Source of the DNA: a virus
Taxonomy: Duplodnaviria; Caudoviricetes
DNA: 33,661 bases
Reading direction: 5' to 3' (one strand)
IMG/VR virus record: IMGVR_UViG_3300030376_007572
Location: 1 to 33,661 of that record
Shown in pieces: positions 13,563 through 23,706 of the stretch. Position 1 is the first letter of the stretch; each line of letters opens with the position of its first letter. The notes beneath the pieces were generated by a model that saw nothing but the letters and a program-made list of their open reading frames with translations, was not told the DNA's origin and did no database searches. A program made the translations under genes and the position numbers.

Positions 13563-15747
13563 AAAAATTCCTACATATAAAGATGGCAAATGGGACTATA
13601 CTGAATTTGAAAAAATAGAAGATTTTAAACAGTTCTTAACAACGTTGTTTAAAGAACCAGGTCAGTATAATTTTGATGAAACAGCATTGTTGTTTAATGA
13701 GCAAGCTGTAATATTTAATAAGAATGGTTTTTATTGTGATAAACCATTCAGATCTAAAGATTATATTAAATATTGGAATTTAGAAAAAGAAAAATGTAGA
13801 GAAGGAGTTATATATGTAGGTAAGAAAACTAATTGGTATTTAACTAGAGACTACTATATGTGGTTAAACTTTTTACCAATTTTTGATAAAGAGGAAAAAA
13901 GATATGGATTTGCAAAAGTTAGGGATGCACAATATCACATGGCTTTATATGAAGTATTAGCAGAAGTACATCACAAGCATGTAGCTATTCTTAAAAAAAG
14001 ACAGATAGCATCTTCTTATTTTCATATGGGTAAGATCATAAATCAATTTTGGTTTGAAGAAGGATCTATATGTAAAATAGGAGCATCACTTAAAGACTAT
14101 ATAAATGATAAAGGCTCATGGAAGTTTTTAGATGAATATAAAACATTTCTTAATGAACATACTGCATGGTATAGACCTTGTACTCCAGAAAAGGTGTTAT
14201 TATGGGAACAGAAGATTGAGGTTAGAATAAATAATAGAAAGACTAATAAAGGTCTTATGTCTAAAATACAAGGTGCTTCTTTTGAGAAAAATCCAACAAC
14301 CGGTGTTGGTGGACCTTGTACTTATTTCTTTCATGAAGAAGCTGGTATTGCTCCAAAGATGGATCAAACATATGAGTATATTAGACCTGCAATGACATCT
14401 GGTATGATGACTACAGGTATGTTTATTGCTGCAGGATCAGTGGGTGATCTTGATCAATGCAATCCGTTAAAAGAATTTATATTAAATCCTCAAGCAAATG
14501 ATGTTTATGCCGTAGAAACTGATTTAATGGATGACAAAGGTGGTATAGGTATTGCTGGATTATTTATACCAGAGCAATGGTCCATGCCTCCATATATAGA
14601 TAAGTATGGAAATTCATTAATAGATCAAGCATTAGAATCAATAATTCAAGAAAGAAAAGATTGGAAAAAAGCTTTAGCACCTGAACAATATCAGTTGCGT
14701 ATATCTCAGAAACCTATCAATATTGCAGAAGCTTTTGCATATAGAAAAGAAGCAATATTTCCACAAGGGATATTAGCAAAACAAATAAAAAAAATAGAAG
14801 ACAAAGAGTATGCATATGAGTTTATAAAATTAGAAAGAGATCAAGATGGAATACAGGCTAAGAAAACAAACAAACTTCCTATATCAACATTTCCTGTAAA
14901 GAAAAAAATGGAAGATAAAACAGGTGCATTAGTAGTATGGGAAAGACCTGTAAAAAATCCTAAATTCATGATGTACTATGCATCTATTGACCCTGTATCA
15001 GAAGGTAAAACAACAACATCAGATTCTTTATGTAGTATATTTGTTTATAAGAATCCTGTAGAAGTTACAAGACAAACTCCTGATGGACCAGAAACATTCA
15101 TAGAAAAAGATAAAATAGTTGCTTCATGGTGTGGAAGATATGATGATATAAATAAAACACATGAACAATTAGAACTAATTATAGAATGGTATAGAGCATG
15201 GACAATTGTAGAGAATAATATATCATTATTTATTCAACACATGATTGCTAAAAGAAAACAAAAATATCTTGTACCTAAACAACAGGTTTTATTCTTAAAA
15301 GATCTTGGATCTAATGCAAATGTATTTCAAGAATATGGTTGGAAGAATACAGGGGTTTTATTTAAAAATCATCTTATATCATATGCAATTGAATGGATAA
15401 GGGAAGCAATAGATGAAGATCTAGATAAGAACGGAGAAGTGATAGGACAGACTCTTGGAGTGGAAAGAATTCCTGATAAAATGCTACTCACAGAAATGAT
15501 GCACTACTATCCAGGACTCAATGTGGATAGACTTGTAGCTTTTTCTGCATTAGTTGCATTTGCTAAGGTTCAACAATCTAATAGGGGTTATTTAAAGACC
15601 AAAGAGAAGGATAAGTCAGCAGATAGCTTGGAAAAGTCTAAAAATTTGTATAAATTATCTAGTAACCCTTTTAAAAATTTAGGTAGAAGTAAAAGAGCTG
15701 TAAGGAGTAAAAAATTTAAAAAATCACCCTTTAAAAATATAAAATGA
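13555..15747 (+). CDS. terL: terminase large subunit (crAss-like)
   Basis: ATPase motif LKKRQIASSY, Walker B FFHEEAG, RNase H-like nuclease motifs ASIDP..EG...SDS, VENN and NVDR; directly before the portal-like gene. Confidence 0.88.
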   Translation: MYKKIPTYKDGKWDYTEFEKIEDFKQFLTTLFKEPGQYNFDETALLFNEQAVIFNKNGFYCDKPFRSKDYIKYWNLEKEKCREGVIYVGKKTNWYLTRDYYMWLNFLPIFDKEEKRYGFAKVRDAQYHMALYEVLAEVHHKHVAILKKRQIASSYFHMGKIINQFWFEEGSICKIGASLKDYINDKGSWKFLDEYKTFLNEHTAWYRPCTPEKVLLWEQKIEVRINNRKTNKGLMSKIQGASFEKNPTTGVGGPCTYFFHEEAGIAPKMDQTYEYIRPAMTSGMMTTGMFIAAGSVGDLDQCNPLKEFILNPQANDVYAVETDLMDDKGGIGIAGLFIPEQWSMPPYIDKYGNSLIDQALESIIQERKDWKKALAPEQYQLRISQKPINIAEAFAYRKEAIFPQGILAKQIKKIEDKEYAYEFIKLERDQDGIQAKKTNKLPISTFPVKKKMEDKTGALVVWERPVKNPKFMMYYASIDPVSEGKTTTSDSLCSIFVYKNPVEVTRQTPDGPETFIEKDKIVASWCGRYDDINKTHEQLELIIEWYRAWTIVENNISLFIQHMIAKRKQKYLVPKQQVLFLKDLGSNANVFQEYGWKNTGVLFKNHLISYAIEWIREAIDEDLDKNGEVIGQTLGVERIPDKMLLTEMMHYYPGLNVDRLVAFSALVAFAKVQQSNRGYLKTKEKDKSADSLEKSKNLYKLSSNPFKNLGRSKRAVRSKKFKKSPFKNIK

Positions 15748-15845
15748 AAAAATATTGGACATCATCAACAATAGGATCACTACCGTCATGGACATCATCT
15801 GCAACATGGGAAAATCTAGTTTTGACTTATAAAATAAAAAAGTAA
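15744..15845 (+). CDS. small ORF (33 aa) between terminase and portal
   Basis: MKKYWTSSTIGSLPSWTSSATWENLVLTYKIKK*. ATGA overlap with the terL stop; ends 4 nt before the portal ATG. Confidence 0.5.
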   Translation: MKKYWTSSTIGSLPSWTSSATWENLVLTYKIKK

Positions 15846-15849
15846 TTAT

Positions 15850-18630
15850 ATGAAAGTACTTAATGCTTTACAATTAAAAAAAGGAGCTAAAGCTGATACT
15901 AATGGTTATCCAAATGGATTAAGCCTTACTCAGCCAATACAATTTCTTCCAATGAAAAAAAAGGATGAGAATTGGGCAGCTTGGAATATAGATTGGTTAG
16001 AAACTCAAGGCATGCAGTACTTGAGAAAAAATGCTAGAAAGCTTCTTAAGAATTATAAGTTAGCAAAAGGTATTATTGATAAAACAGATTATGTAATTGA
16101 AGAGGATAATGAGTATAAAGAATTAATGGATGTTTTAACTGAAGAAGATGAATCAGCATTAGAACTTAAATTTTATCCAATTGTACCTAATGTAGTTAAT
16201 GTACTTACAGGTGAATTCTCTAAAAGATTTGCAAGAGTTCAATTTAGAGCTGTTGATGATCTATCATATAATGAAATGATGGAATCTAAAAGATCAATGA
16301 TTGAAGAACATTTACTAGCTGATGCGCATTTAAAAGTTCAATCACAAATGTTAGAAATGGGCGTAAGCTTAGAAGATGAGGAAGCACAGCAAAAGCTAGC
16401 ACCAGACACATTAAAATCTCTTCCAGAAATAGAAGAGTTCTTTACAAAAGATTATAGAAGTTTAGTGGAAGAATGGGCAACTCACCAAATGAAAGTGGAT
16501 GAGGAAAGATTTAAGATGCAAGAACTTGAAGAAAGAGCTTTTCAAGACATGCTTATTTGTGATAGAGAGTTTTGGCATTTTAAAATGATGGAAGATGATT
16601 ATGAAGTGGAATTATGGAATCCTGTTTTAACATTCTATCATAAGTCTCCAGATTCAAGATACATATCTGATTCAAATTATGTAGGTAAATGTGAAATGAT
16701 GACAGCTGCTGATGTTATAGACAGCTTTGGTTATTTAATGAATGAAAAAGAATTAAGATCATTACAGGAAATACATCCTGCTAGATCTGCAAGATATCAA
16801 TTAACAGGATATCAAAATGACGGAAACTTTTATGATCCTACAAAATCTCATAAGTGGAATACAAATTCTCCATCTTTAGGATATAGACAGTTTATGAGTA
16901 ATTGGAATTCTTCAGGTCAAGGATCAGATATAGTAAATTGGATACTTAGTGAGGGAGAGGATGGTGCAATGTGGGGAGATGAGACTATGATGAGGGTTAC
17001 TACAACCTACTGGAAGACTCAAAGAAAGATTGGACATCTTACGCGAGTTATGGCAGATGGAGAAGTAGAACAACAAATAGTGGATGAAACTTTTAAAACT
17101 ACAGAAACTCCTATTTACAACACAAATCTATTTAAACAAAAAACAAAAAATAATTTAGTTGAAGGAGAACATGTTGATTGGATATGGATTAATGAAGTAT
17201 GGGGAGGTGTTAAGATAGGTCCAAATTTACCAACTAATTGGAGAAGTGAAGTAGATGAAAATAATATAAGTCCTATTTATTTAGGAATAAATAAGAAAAG
17301 ACCGGGAAGAGTTGAATTCCAGTTTAAAGGTGATAATAATCTATATGGTTGTAAATTACCAGTAGAAGGAAGAGTCTTTTCTGATAGAAATACAAGATCA
17401 ACATCTTTAGTTGATTTAATGAAAGCTTATCAAGTTGGTTATAATATGGTTAATAATCAAATAGCTGATATACTTGTAGATGAACTTGGTACTGTTATTA
17501 TGTTTGATCAGAATGCATTACCACGTCACTCAATGGGAGAAGACTGGGGTAAGAATAATATGGCTAAAGCATATGTAGCAATGAAGGACTTTGGTATGTT
17601 ACCATTAGATACTTCTATAACTAATACAGAAAATGCTACAAACTTTAACCATTATCAAACATTAAATCTAGAACAAACAAATAGAATAATGTCTAGAATA
17701 CAATTAGCTAATCATTTCAAACAACAAGCATTTGATGCTATTGGTGTTAATCCTCAAAGGATGGGACAAGAGGTTGCTAGACAAACTGCCACTGGAGTAC
17801 AGCAAGCAGTACAAGCTTCATATTCACAAACTGAAATGTATTTTATACAACATTCAGATAACCTTATGCCTAGAGTACATCAAATGAGAACTGATCTTTC
17901 TCAGTATTATCATAGTACAAAACCTAGTGTAAGGTTAAATTATGTATCTAGTGAAGCAGAAAAAGTAAACTTTACTATTAATGGTACTGAATTAATGATG
18001 CGAGATTTCAATATATTTTGCACAACTAAAACTAATCATAGATCTATTCTTGAGCAACTTAAACAATTAGCAATGACTAATAACACAAGTGGAGCAAGTA
18101 TATTTGATCTTGGAAGTATTATTAAATCTGATTCAATTGCAGAAGTTTCTAATATCTTAAAAGGTGCAGAACAGAAACAAGATTCACAAAGACAGCAAGA
18201 AATGCAACAACAGCAACAAATGCAAGAACAACAATTACAAGCTCAAGAAAAAGAAAAAGCAGCTGAACGTGAATTCCAAAAAGCAGAGAATGAAGCAGAA
18301 CGTAAAAAAGATCTTATGGTTGCAGAAATTAGAGCTGCTGGTTATGGAGCACAAACAGATATTAACCAAAATGAGCAAAGTGATTTTAAAGATGCAATGA
18401 AAGATATGCAGCAAAGAGATGAGTATAGAGAACAAATGAGTTTTAAAAGAGAAGAGTCAGCTAGAAACGCTGGTGTGCAAGAATCTAAAATGGATATAGA
18501 AAGAGAAAGATTAACTACTCAAAGAGATATAGCTAATACTAATTTACAAATTGCAAGAGAGAATAAAAACAAGTATGATGTAGCAGCAAAAAAGGAAGAT
18601 AAAAAAGATAAAGGGAAGGAAAAGAAGTGA
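15850..18630 (+). CDS. portal protein (crAss-like)
   Basis: 926 aa. FYPIVPNVVNVLTGEF...RAVD, WINEVWGGVKIG, GCKLPV and IGVNPQRMGQ segments, a Q-rich C-terminal coiled coil, and terL-portal-scaffold-MCP synteny. Confidence 0.82.
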   Translation: MKVLNALQLKKGAKADTNGYPNGLSLTQPIQFLPMKKKDENWAAWNIDWLETQGMQYLRKNARKLLKNYKLAKGIIDKTDYVIEEDNEYKELMDVLTEEDESALELKFYPIVPNVVNVLTGEFSKRFARVQFRAVDDLSYNEMMESKRSMIEEHLLADAHLKVQSQMLEMGVSLEDEEAQQKLAPDTLKSLPEIEEFFTKDYRSLVEEWATHQMKVDEERFKMQELEERAFQDMLICDREFWHFKMMEDDYEVELWNPVLTFYHKSPDSRYISDSNYVGKCEMMTAADVIDSFGYLMNEKELRSLQEIHPARSARYQLTGYQNDGNFYDPTKSHKWNTNSPSLGYRQFMSNWNSSGQGSDIVNWILSEGEDGAMWGDETMMRVTTTYWKTQRKIGHLTRVMADGEVEQQIVDETFKTTETPIYNTNLFKQKTKNNLVEGEHVDWIWINEVWGGVKIGPNLPTNWRSEVDENNISPIYLGINKKRPGRVEFQFKGDNNLYGCKLPVEGRVFSDRNTRSTSLVDLMKAYQVGYNMVNNQIADILVDELGTVIMFDQNALPRHSMGEDWGKNNMAKAYVAMKDFGMLPLDTSITNTENATNFNHYQTLNLEQTNRIMSRIQLANHFKQQAFDAIGVNPQRMGQEVARQTATGVQQAVQASYSQTEMYFIQHSDNLMPRVHQMRTDLSQYYHSTKPSVRLNYVSSEAEKVNFTINGTELMMRDFNIFCTTKTNHRSILEQLKQLAMTNNTSGASIFDLGSIIKSDSIAEVSNILKGAEQKQDSQRQQEMQQQQQMQEQQLQAQEKEKAAEREFQKAENEAERKKDLMVAEIRAAGYGAQTDINQNEQSDFKDAMKDMQQRDEYREQMSFKREESARNAGVQESKMDIERERLTTQRDIANTNLQIARENKNKYDVAAKKEDKKDKGKEKK

Positions 18631-18696
18631 TAGCTATATACTAGGAAAAATTTTTAATTAAACTAAAATTTTTAAGGTTTAATATAAAAATATTAA

Positions 18697-18712
18697 TTAT
18701 ATTATATATGTA
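18697..18712 (+). promoter_or_regulatory. putative late promoter motif TTATATTATATATGTA
   Basis: Variant of the recurrent motif, about 24 nt upstream of the scaffold-like gene. Confidence 0.5.
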
Positions 18713-18735
18713 TAACAACTAAAACCAAATTGATT

Positions 18736-20016
18736 ATGGCTGAAGAAACTAAAACCGTAGAAAAAACCAATGTTGAAAAAGTAGATGTCAACATTGATGA
18801 AATTTTTGGAGCAGCACCAGGTGCTGATTCAATAACTCTTCCAGATGAGGAAGAAAAGAAACCAAGTATATTTAGTAGAAAAGAAGATTTAGATATGTCT
18901 TTTGTAGAAACTAAAGCAGAAGAACCAGCAGCAGAGACTAAAGTAGAAGAAACTAAAGAAACTGTAGAAACTAAAACACCAACTGATACAAAGCCTAAAG
19001 AAAAGGTTGATGTTGAAGAAGTATTAGGTTTAACTGAAGAAACTGAAGAAGAGGAACCAGAACAAAAGAAAAGAGGAAGGAAACCAATAACAGGAGTAGG
19101 AGATGTTTTTAAAAAACTAATTGAGGATGAGAAACTTTTAGCTTTTGATGATGGTAAAGAAATAGAGGATTACACAGCAAAAGATTGGCAAGAATTAATT
19201 CAAGCTAATTTAGATGAAAGAGCAAGAGCTGTAAGGAATGAAACACCAAAGCAGTTTTTTAAAAGTTTGCCACAAGAACTTCAAGTAGCAGCAAAATATG
19301 TTGCAGATGGAGGGCAAGATCTTAAAGGATTATTTGGAGCTTTATCTCATGTAGAAGAAGTGAGAGAATTAAATCCTAAAAAACAAAGTGATCAAGAACG
19401 TATTGTAAGAGATTTCTTGGGTGCTACTGGATTTGGAACTAAAGAAGAGATAGAAGAAGAAATAGATATTTGGAAAGACTTAGGGAAACTTGAAAAACAA
19501 GCAAATAAGTTTAAACCAAAATTAGATAAGATGCAAGAGAAAGTTGTTGCACGAAGATTGCAAGAACAGGAGATGAGAAGAAAGAAACAAGAGAACGCAT
19601 CTAAAGCATACATGCAAAATGTATATACTACATTGAAAGATGGTAGAATAGGTAATACAAGGATTGATAGAAAAACTCAATCATTATTATATAACGGATT
19701 AGTAAATCCAGCATATCCATCAATTAATGGTAAGAATACAAACTTGCTAGGGCATTTGTTAGAGAAATATCAGTTTGTAGAGCCAAACTACCCTTTAATA
19801 ACAGAAGCATTATGGCTGTTAGCTGATCCAAAAGGATATAAGTCACAGTTAAGAAAGCAAGGACAAAATAAGGCTGTTGCAGATACAGTAAGGAAATTAA
19901 AGTCTGCACAGGCTAGCAAAGGAGGAGCAAGAACTTTAGAAGGTACAAGTAAACAACCTGTAAAGAAAAGCAGAAAGCTTCCAAGAAAAGGAAATAATAT
20001 TTTTAAAAGGATGTAA
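18736..20016 (+). CDS. putative capsid scaffolding/assembly protein
   Basis: Acidic disordered N-terminus, helical core and basic tail; lies between portal and MCP. ATG 18736. Confidence 0.6.
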   Translation: MAEETKTVEKTNVEKVDVNIDEIFGAAPGADSITLPDEEEKKPSIFSRKEDLDMSFVETKAEEPAAETKVEETKETVETKTPTDTKPKEKVDVEEVLGLTEETEEEEPEQKKRGRKPITGVGDVFKKLIEDEKLLAFDDGKEIEDYTAKDWQELIQANLDERARAVRNETPKQFFKSLPQELQVAAKYVADGGQDLKGLFGALSHVEEVRELNPKKQSDQERIVRDFLGATGFGTKEEIEEEIDIWKDLGKLEKQANKFKPKLDKMQEKVVARRLQEQEMRRKKQENASKAYMQNVYTTLKDGRIGNTRIDRKTQSLLYNGLVNPAYPSINGKNTNLLGHLLEKYQFVEPNYPLITEALWLLADPKGYKSQLRKQGQNKAVADTVRKLKSAQASKGGARTLEGTSKQPVKKSRKLPRKGNNIFKRM

Positions 20017-20071
20017 AAATTTTATATATAGTAATTAATTAATGTTTAACAAATAAAAAAAGAATTCAATT

Positions 20072-21697
20072 ATGGCAACACCAGTTTTAAATAATGGGAT
20101 TTTCCTACGTGATACAAACTACAAAGCTAGTTCACATGTTGATTCTTACCATCTAACAGCAATGTTAGGAGCAGCTGAACCTATGGATATGGGTCCAGTT
20201 GATTTATGGGCTATGACACAAAAGGTAGAAATGCCTTTGTATCAATTAGCATCATTCGGTGGTCAGAATACAATTATGGTGGATAACGCTCGTGGTGAGT
20301 ACAAGTGGCAAACCCCTATTGCACAAGATTTACCTTATTGTTTAGGTAAAATTGACGCCCTTGATGATACAACTAGAGGGATAGATGGTCAACCGTTTAA
20401 AATCTTATTAAGTAAGAGAACGTTTGGACATGGAGATATTATTACTTATGATAAGTATAATGGTAAAGAACTTTACGTTACTGCTGATGATATTTTACCA
20501 TCAGGTGACGGATTTGTTTATACCGTACAACTTGTTAATAGTGACAATACAGCTGCATTAGCAGAAAAGTACTTAGCTTCAGGAACTAAATTCTTTAGAA
20601 AAGGTTCTGCAAGAGGAGAGTACGGAGAAAGATTTTCAGATCTAGAAACAGGAACAGGATTCAGAGAGTTCTACAACTTTGTAGGAGGAGCTGAAGCACA
20701 CGTTCATTATTCTATTTCTTCAAGAGCAGACTTAATGCTTAAAGGAGGAATGAATGCTGACGGTTCTATTCCAGTTACAGAAATCTGGAGAACTTTTGAT
20801 CAAGATGTTAATCCTTCTGTATCTTCACTAGAAAGCATGGTTGAGATCATGGGTAAAGATTATGTAAAGAGAGCTTTTGATGACGGAAGACTTTCTAGAA
20901 CTTTCCTTACTAACCTAGAAGCAGCACACTTAAATAAAATTGCTGCAGATATAGAGAACTACTTAATGTGGGGACACGGAGGTAGAGTAAAACAAGATGG
21001 ACCAGATGATATCAGAATGTCTGTTGGTCTTTGGAAGCAATTAGATAACTCTTACAAGAGAATCTATAACAAGTCTTCTTTCAGTTTAGATATGTTCAAA
21101 ACTGAACTTTACAACTTCTATCAAGGTAAGGTTGAACTAGAAGGACCAGATCCGCAAAGAACATTAATTGTTCAAACGGGTATTGGTGGTATGAAACTTG
21201 TTAATGATGCTATTGCAGCAGAAGCAGCAGGTTTAGGTCAACAATATGTTATTAATGCTGATGCAAAAGGTATGGTTACTGGATCAGGTATGGACTTAGG
21301 ATTTGGATATGCATTCACATCTTATGTAATACCTTTCTTAGCAAACGTAAGATTTGTATTAAATCCAGCATTTGATAACTTACATACTAATGATATTGAG
21401 AATCCACTTATTGACGGAAGACCTTTAAGCTCTTATAGCTTTATTATCTTTGACGTTACTGAGTCTGGAAATGACAACATTCACTTGTTGAAACTTTCAT
21501 GGGATAATCAACTAAAATGGTTCTACCAAAATGGTACTATGGACTACATGGGTAGAACACAAGGATTTGCTTCATCCGGGCAGTTTAATGGATATAGAGT
21601 TTATATGACTCAAACCATGCCAGCTGTATGGGTTAAGGATCCTACTAAAGTCCTTAAAATAGTAATGAAGAATCCAGTTACTGGAGGATCATTCTAA
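20072..21697 (+). CDS. major capsid protein (crAss-like HK97 fold)
   Basis: 541 aa with high-expression codon bias (TAC/TTC/AAC), followed by a strong terminator. IENYLMWG, VGLWKQL, QTGIGGM and WVKDP segments, plus synteny. Confidence 0.82.
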   Translation: MATPVLNNGIFLRDTNYKASSHVDSYHLTAMLGAAEPMDMGPVDLWAMTQKVEMPLYQLASFGGQNTIMVDNARGEYKWQTPIAQDLPYCLGKIDALDDTTRGIDGQPFKILLSKRTFGHGDIITYDKYNGKELYVTADDILPSGDGFVYTVQLVNSDNTAALAEKYLASGTKFFRKGSARGEYGERFSDLETGTGFREFYNFVGGAEAHVHYSISSRADLMLKGGMNADGSIPVTEIWRTFDQDVNPSVSSLESMVEIMGKDYVKRAFDDGRLSRTFLTNLEAAHLNKIAADIENYLMWGHGGRVKQDGPDDIRMSVGLWKQLDNSYKRIYNKSSFSLDMFKTELYNFYQGKVELEGPDPQRTLIVQTGIGGMKLVNDAIAAEAAGLGQQYVINADAKGMVTGSGMDLGFGYAFTSYVIPFLANVRFVLNPAFDNLHTNDIENPLIDGRPLSSYSFIIFDVTESGNDNIHLLKLSWDNQLKWFYQNGTMDYMGRTQGFASSGQFNGYRVYMTQTMPAVWVKDPTKVLKIVMKNPVTGGSF

Positions 21698-21713
21698 TAT
21701 TTATTTTGATTGG

Positions 21714-21748
21714 AGAGGGGTCTTAGGATCCCTCTTTAATCTTTGTTT
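21714..21748 (+). terminator. intrinsic terminator after MCP
   Basis: AGAGGGGTC-TTAG-GATCCCTCT followed by TTAATCTTTGTTT. Confidence 0.75.
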
Positions 21749-21768
21749 AACATTAAAACCTATATAAA

Positions 21769-22869
21769 ATGGCAAAGAAAAAAACTAATAAAAAAACTAA
21801 TACTAAAATGGAAGAAATTATAGAACCAGCTGTAATTGAAAAAACAGAAACAATTGCAGAACCAATTAAAGACATAACCATGATTGAAAAATATCAATCA
21901 GGTAAAAATCAATCAATTGCTGTAAGAGTATTTTTTGACGGAGATTCAGAAAATATGGGATTAGAAAACTATGGAATGACACTTTTTGAAGGAGTTGTTC
22001 ATGAAGAAGAGTTATCATGTCTTGAGATAAACGGAATTAAAAGATATGTTACAGGTCTTAATGAATTTGCACCTAATGTAAAAAGACTTCCTAAAGAAGA
22101 AAGAGAAGCAAAGATAAAAGAAATAAGACAAGCAGTTGCACAGTTAGAAGCAGATTTAGCTGCTAATATGATTGATCCAGAGGATCCACAGTTTTGGAAT
22201 AAAGTAAAATTATTAAGACATGATAATTATGATTTTTGGAGTAAGATTAGTATTAGAATAGGTAATGAGCCTTTATATCTTGATCCATCAACAGATCCTT
22301 ATGACTTAATTAAATTATACGCAATTGAAGCAGGAGGATTTTCAATAGTAGCTCCTAGCTTAAGAGCTGCTAAAAGTAACGGTCATAAATTCTATTTAGA
22401 TAAATTAGAAGACACTGTAAGTGCTAGAACAGAAATATCTAAATTAAGAAATAGAGCATTAGCTTTATTATCATCAATGTATGATAGTAATAATAGAAAA
22501 TTATTTTATGTTGCTAAAGTTGTAGATGGTAATAGTTCACAGTATAATAACTCTGTAGCTAATGATGTAATTTATGAAAATATGGATAATTTCATTCATG
22601 GTCATGGTGCGGATAATAACAAAAGAAGATCTGCTCAAAAGTTTTTAGATACTGCCAGAATGGAAATGGAAGAATTAAAAATAAGATCAGCAATTAAAGA
22701 TGCTGTTTATTATTCTTTCTTAAGATTAAGTGCAGATGGAAATTATTACTTAGGTGATACAAGAGTAGGTAAAACTACTGCAGATATGATGCATTACTTT
22801 AAAAACCCTTTAAATGAAGAATCTTGGATAAGATTATTAGATCAAGTTGAATATTATTGGAAAATGTAG
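21769..22869 (+). CDS. conserved hypothetical protein downstream of MCP
   Basis: 366 aa ORF ending in TAG; position is typical of the crAss-like head module. Confidence 0.8.
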   Translation: MAKKKTNKKTNTKMEEIIEPAVIEKTETIAEPIKDITMIEKYQSGKNQSIAVRVFFDGDSENMGLENYGMTLFEGVVHEEELSCLEINGIKRYVTGLNEFAPNVKRLPKEEREAKIKEIRQAVAQLEADLAANMIDPEDPQFWNKVKLLRHDNYDFWSKISIRIGNEPLYLDPSTDPYDLIKLYAIEAGGFSIVAPSLRAAKSNGHKFYLDKLEDTVSARTEISKLRNRALALLSSMYDSNNRKLFYVAKVVDGNSSQYNNSVANDVIYENMDNFIHGHGADNNKRRSAQKFLDTARMEMEELKIRSAIKDAVYYSFLRLSADGNYYLGDTRVGKTTADMMHYFKNPLNEESWIRLLDQVEYYWKM

Positions 22870-22872
22870 ATT

Positions 22873-23580
22873 ATGAATAACACTCAATTGCAAATTAAAT
22901 TTAAACAAAGGCTTAATAAACTAGCTAGTAATGATTATGACAATCTTGAGTGTTGGCAAATAGTTGAAGCATTTAACAAAGCTCAAATTGAATGGGTTAG
23001 AAGACAACTTCATGGAACAAACGCATACAAAGAGGGAGATGAGATGTCCACTAAAAGGATTGATGATCTTCAGAAGTTAATAACAAGTCAAACATTATTA
23101 GCTCCAATTAATTTAGGAGCTAATAGTTGTATGCAATATGATTTACCTGAAAATTATTTAGAGTATAAGAGATTGACTTCTTACGGTAAAGCAGAATGTT
23201 GTAATACACCACACATAATGACAGTATACTTATCTGAAGAGGCAAATGTAAACCTATTAATGAGAGATCCTCTTAAAAGACCAGATTTTGATTGGGGTGA
23301 AACTTTTTGCACTATGAGAAGTAATACAGTTAGAGTATACTATAGAGATTTTGATGTGCTTAATACTAACTTAACATATTATAGAAATCCTGTAAATATT
23401 CAAATTGTAGGTTGTAGTGATCCAATTACAGGAGGGATATCCACACAAGATGTTCCTTGTGAATTTAAAGATGATGTAGCTGAAGTTATCTTAGATGATG
23501 CTGTCTCAATAATAGCTGGAGATATTCAAGATGTAAATAATTACATGAGAGGTATGCAACAAGCTGAAAAAAATAATTAA
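22873..23580 (+). CDS. head-tail adaptor/ring protein (putative)
   Basis: AFNKAQIEW...RIDDLQKL...LPENY...LTYYRNP...CEF...EVILD.AV is typical of podoviral adaptor/ring proteins. Confidence 0.65.
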   Translation: MNNTQLQIKFKQRLNKLASNDYDNLECWQIVEAFNKAQIEWVRRQLHGTNAYKEGDEMSTKRIDDLQKLITSQTLLAPINLGANSCMQYDLPENYLEYKRLTSYGKAECCNTPHIMTVYLSEEANVNLLMRDPLKRPDFDWGETFCTMRSNTVRVYYRDFDVLNTNLTYYRNPVNIQIVGCSDPITGGISTQDVPCEFKDDVAEVILDDAVSIIAGDIQDVNNYMRGMQQAEKNN

Positions 23581-23605
23581 TATATCTGTTAAATTACATA
23601 TTTAA

Positions 23606-23624
23606 TTAGTATATTATTATAGTA
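23606..23624 (+). promoter_or_regulatory. putative late promoter motif TTAGTATATTATTATAGTA
   Basis: Copy of the recurrent motif upstream of the 23707 gene. Confidence 0.55.
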
Positions 23625-23638
23625 ACAAATAAGTTACG

Positions 23639-23653
23639 AACAGAGTAAACTGT
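23639..23653 (+). repeat. 15-nt hairpin motif AACAGAGTAAACTGT, copy 2
   Basis: Exact match to the reverse complement of 7295..7309. Confidence 0.8.
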
Positions 23654-23706
23654 ATTAAATCTTATAACTGGGGGGTGTAATGGTGCTCCCAAAAAATTTA
23701 TTAATT

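Noticed and set aside
18180-18260. CAA/CAG-rich tandem-like sequence
   Set aside because: Just encodes the Gln-rich coiled coil at the portal C-terminus.
13555-21697. Stop-codon reassignment, introns or inteins as in some gut crAss-like phages
   Set aside because: TerL, portal and MCP are uninterrupted in the standard code. TAG (22867-22869) and TGA act as real stops. No intein or suppressor tRNA signature seen.
23669-23690. GGGGGTGTAATGGT resembling a tmRNA/tRNA 5' end
   Set aside because: Lacks the following TTCGAC and any matching T-arm/CCA 3' end; it pairs locally as a hairpin.
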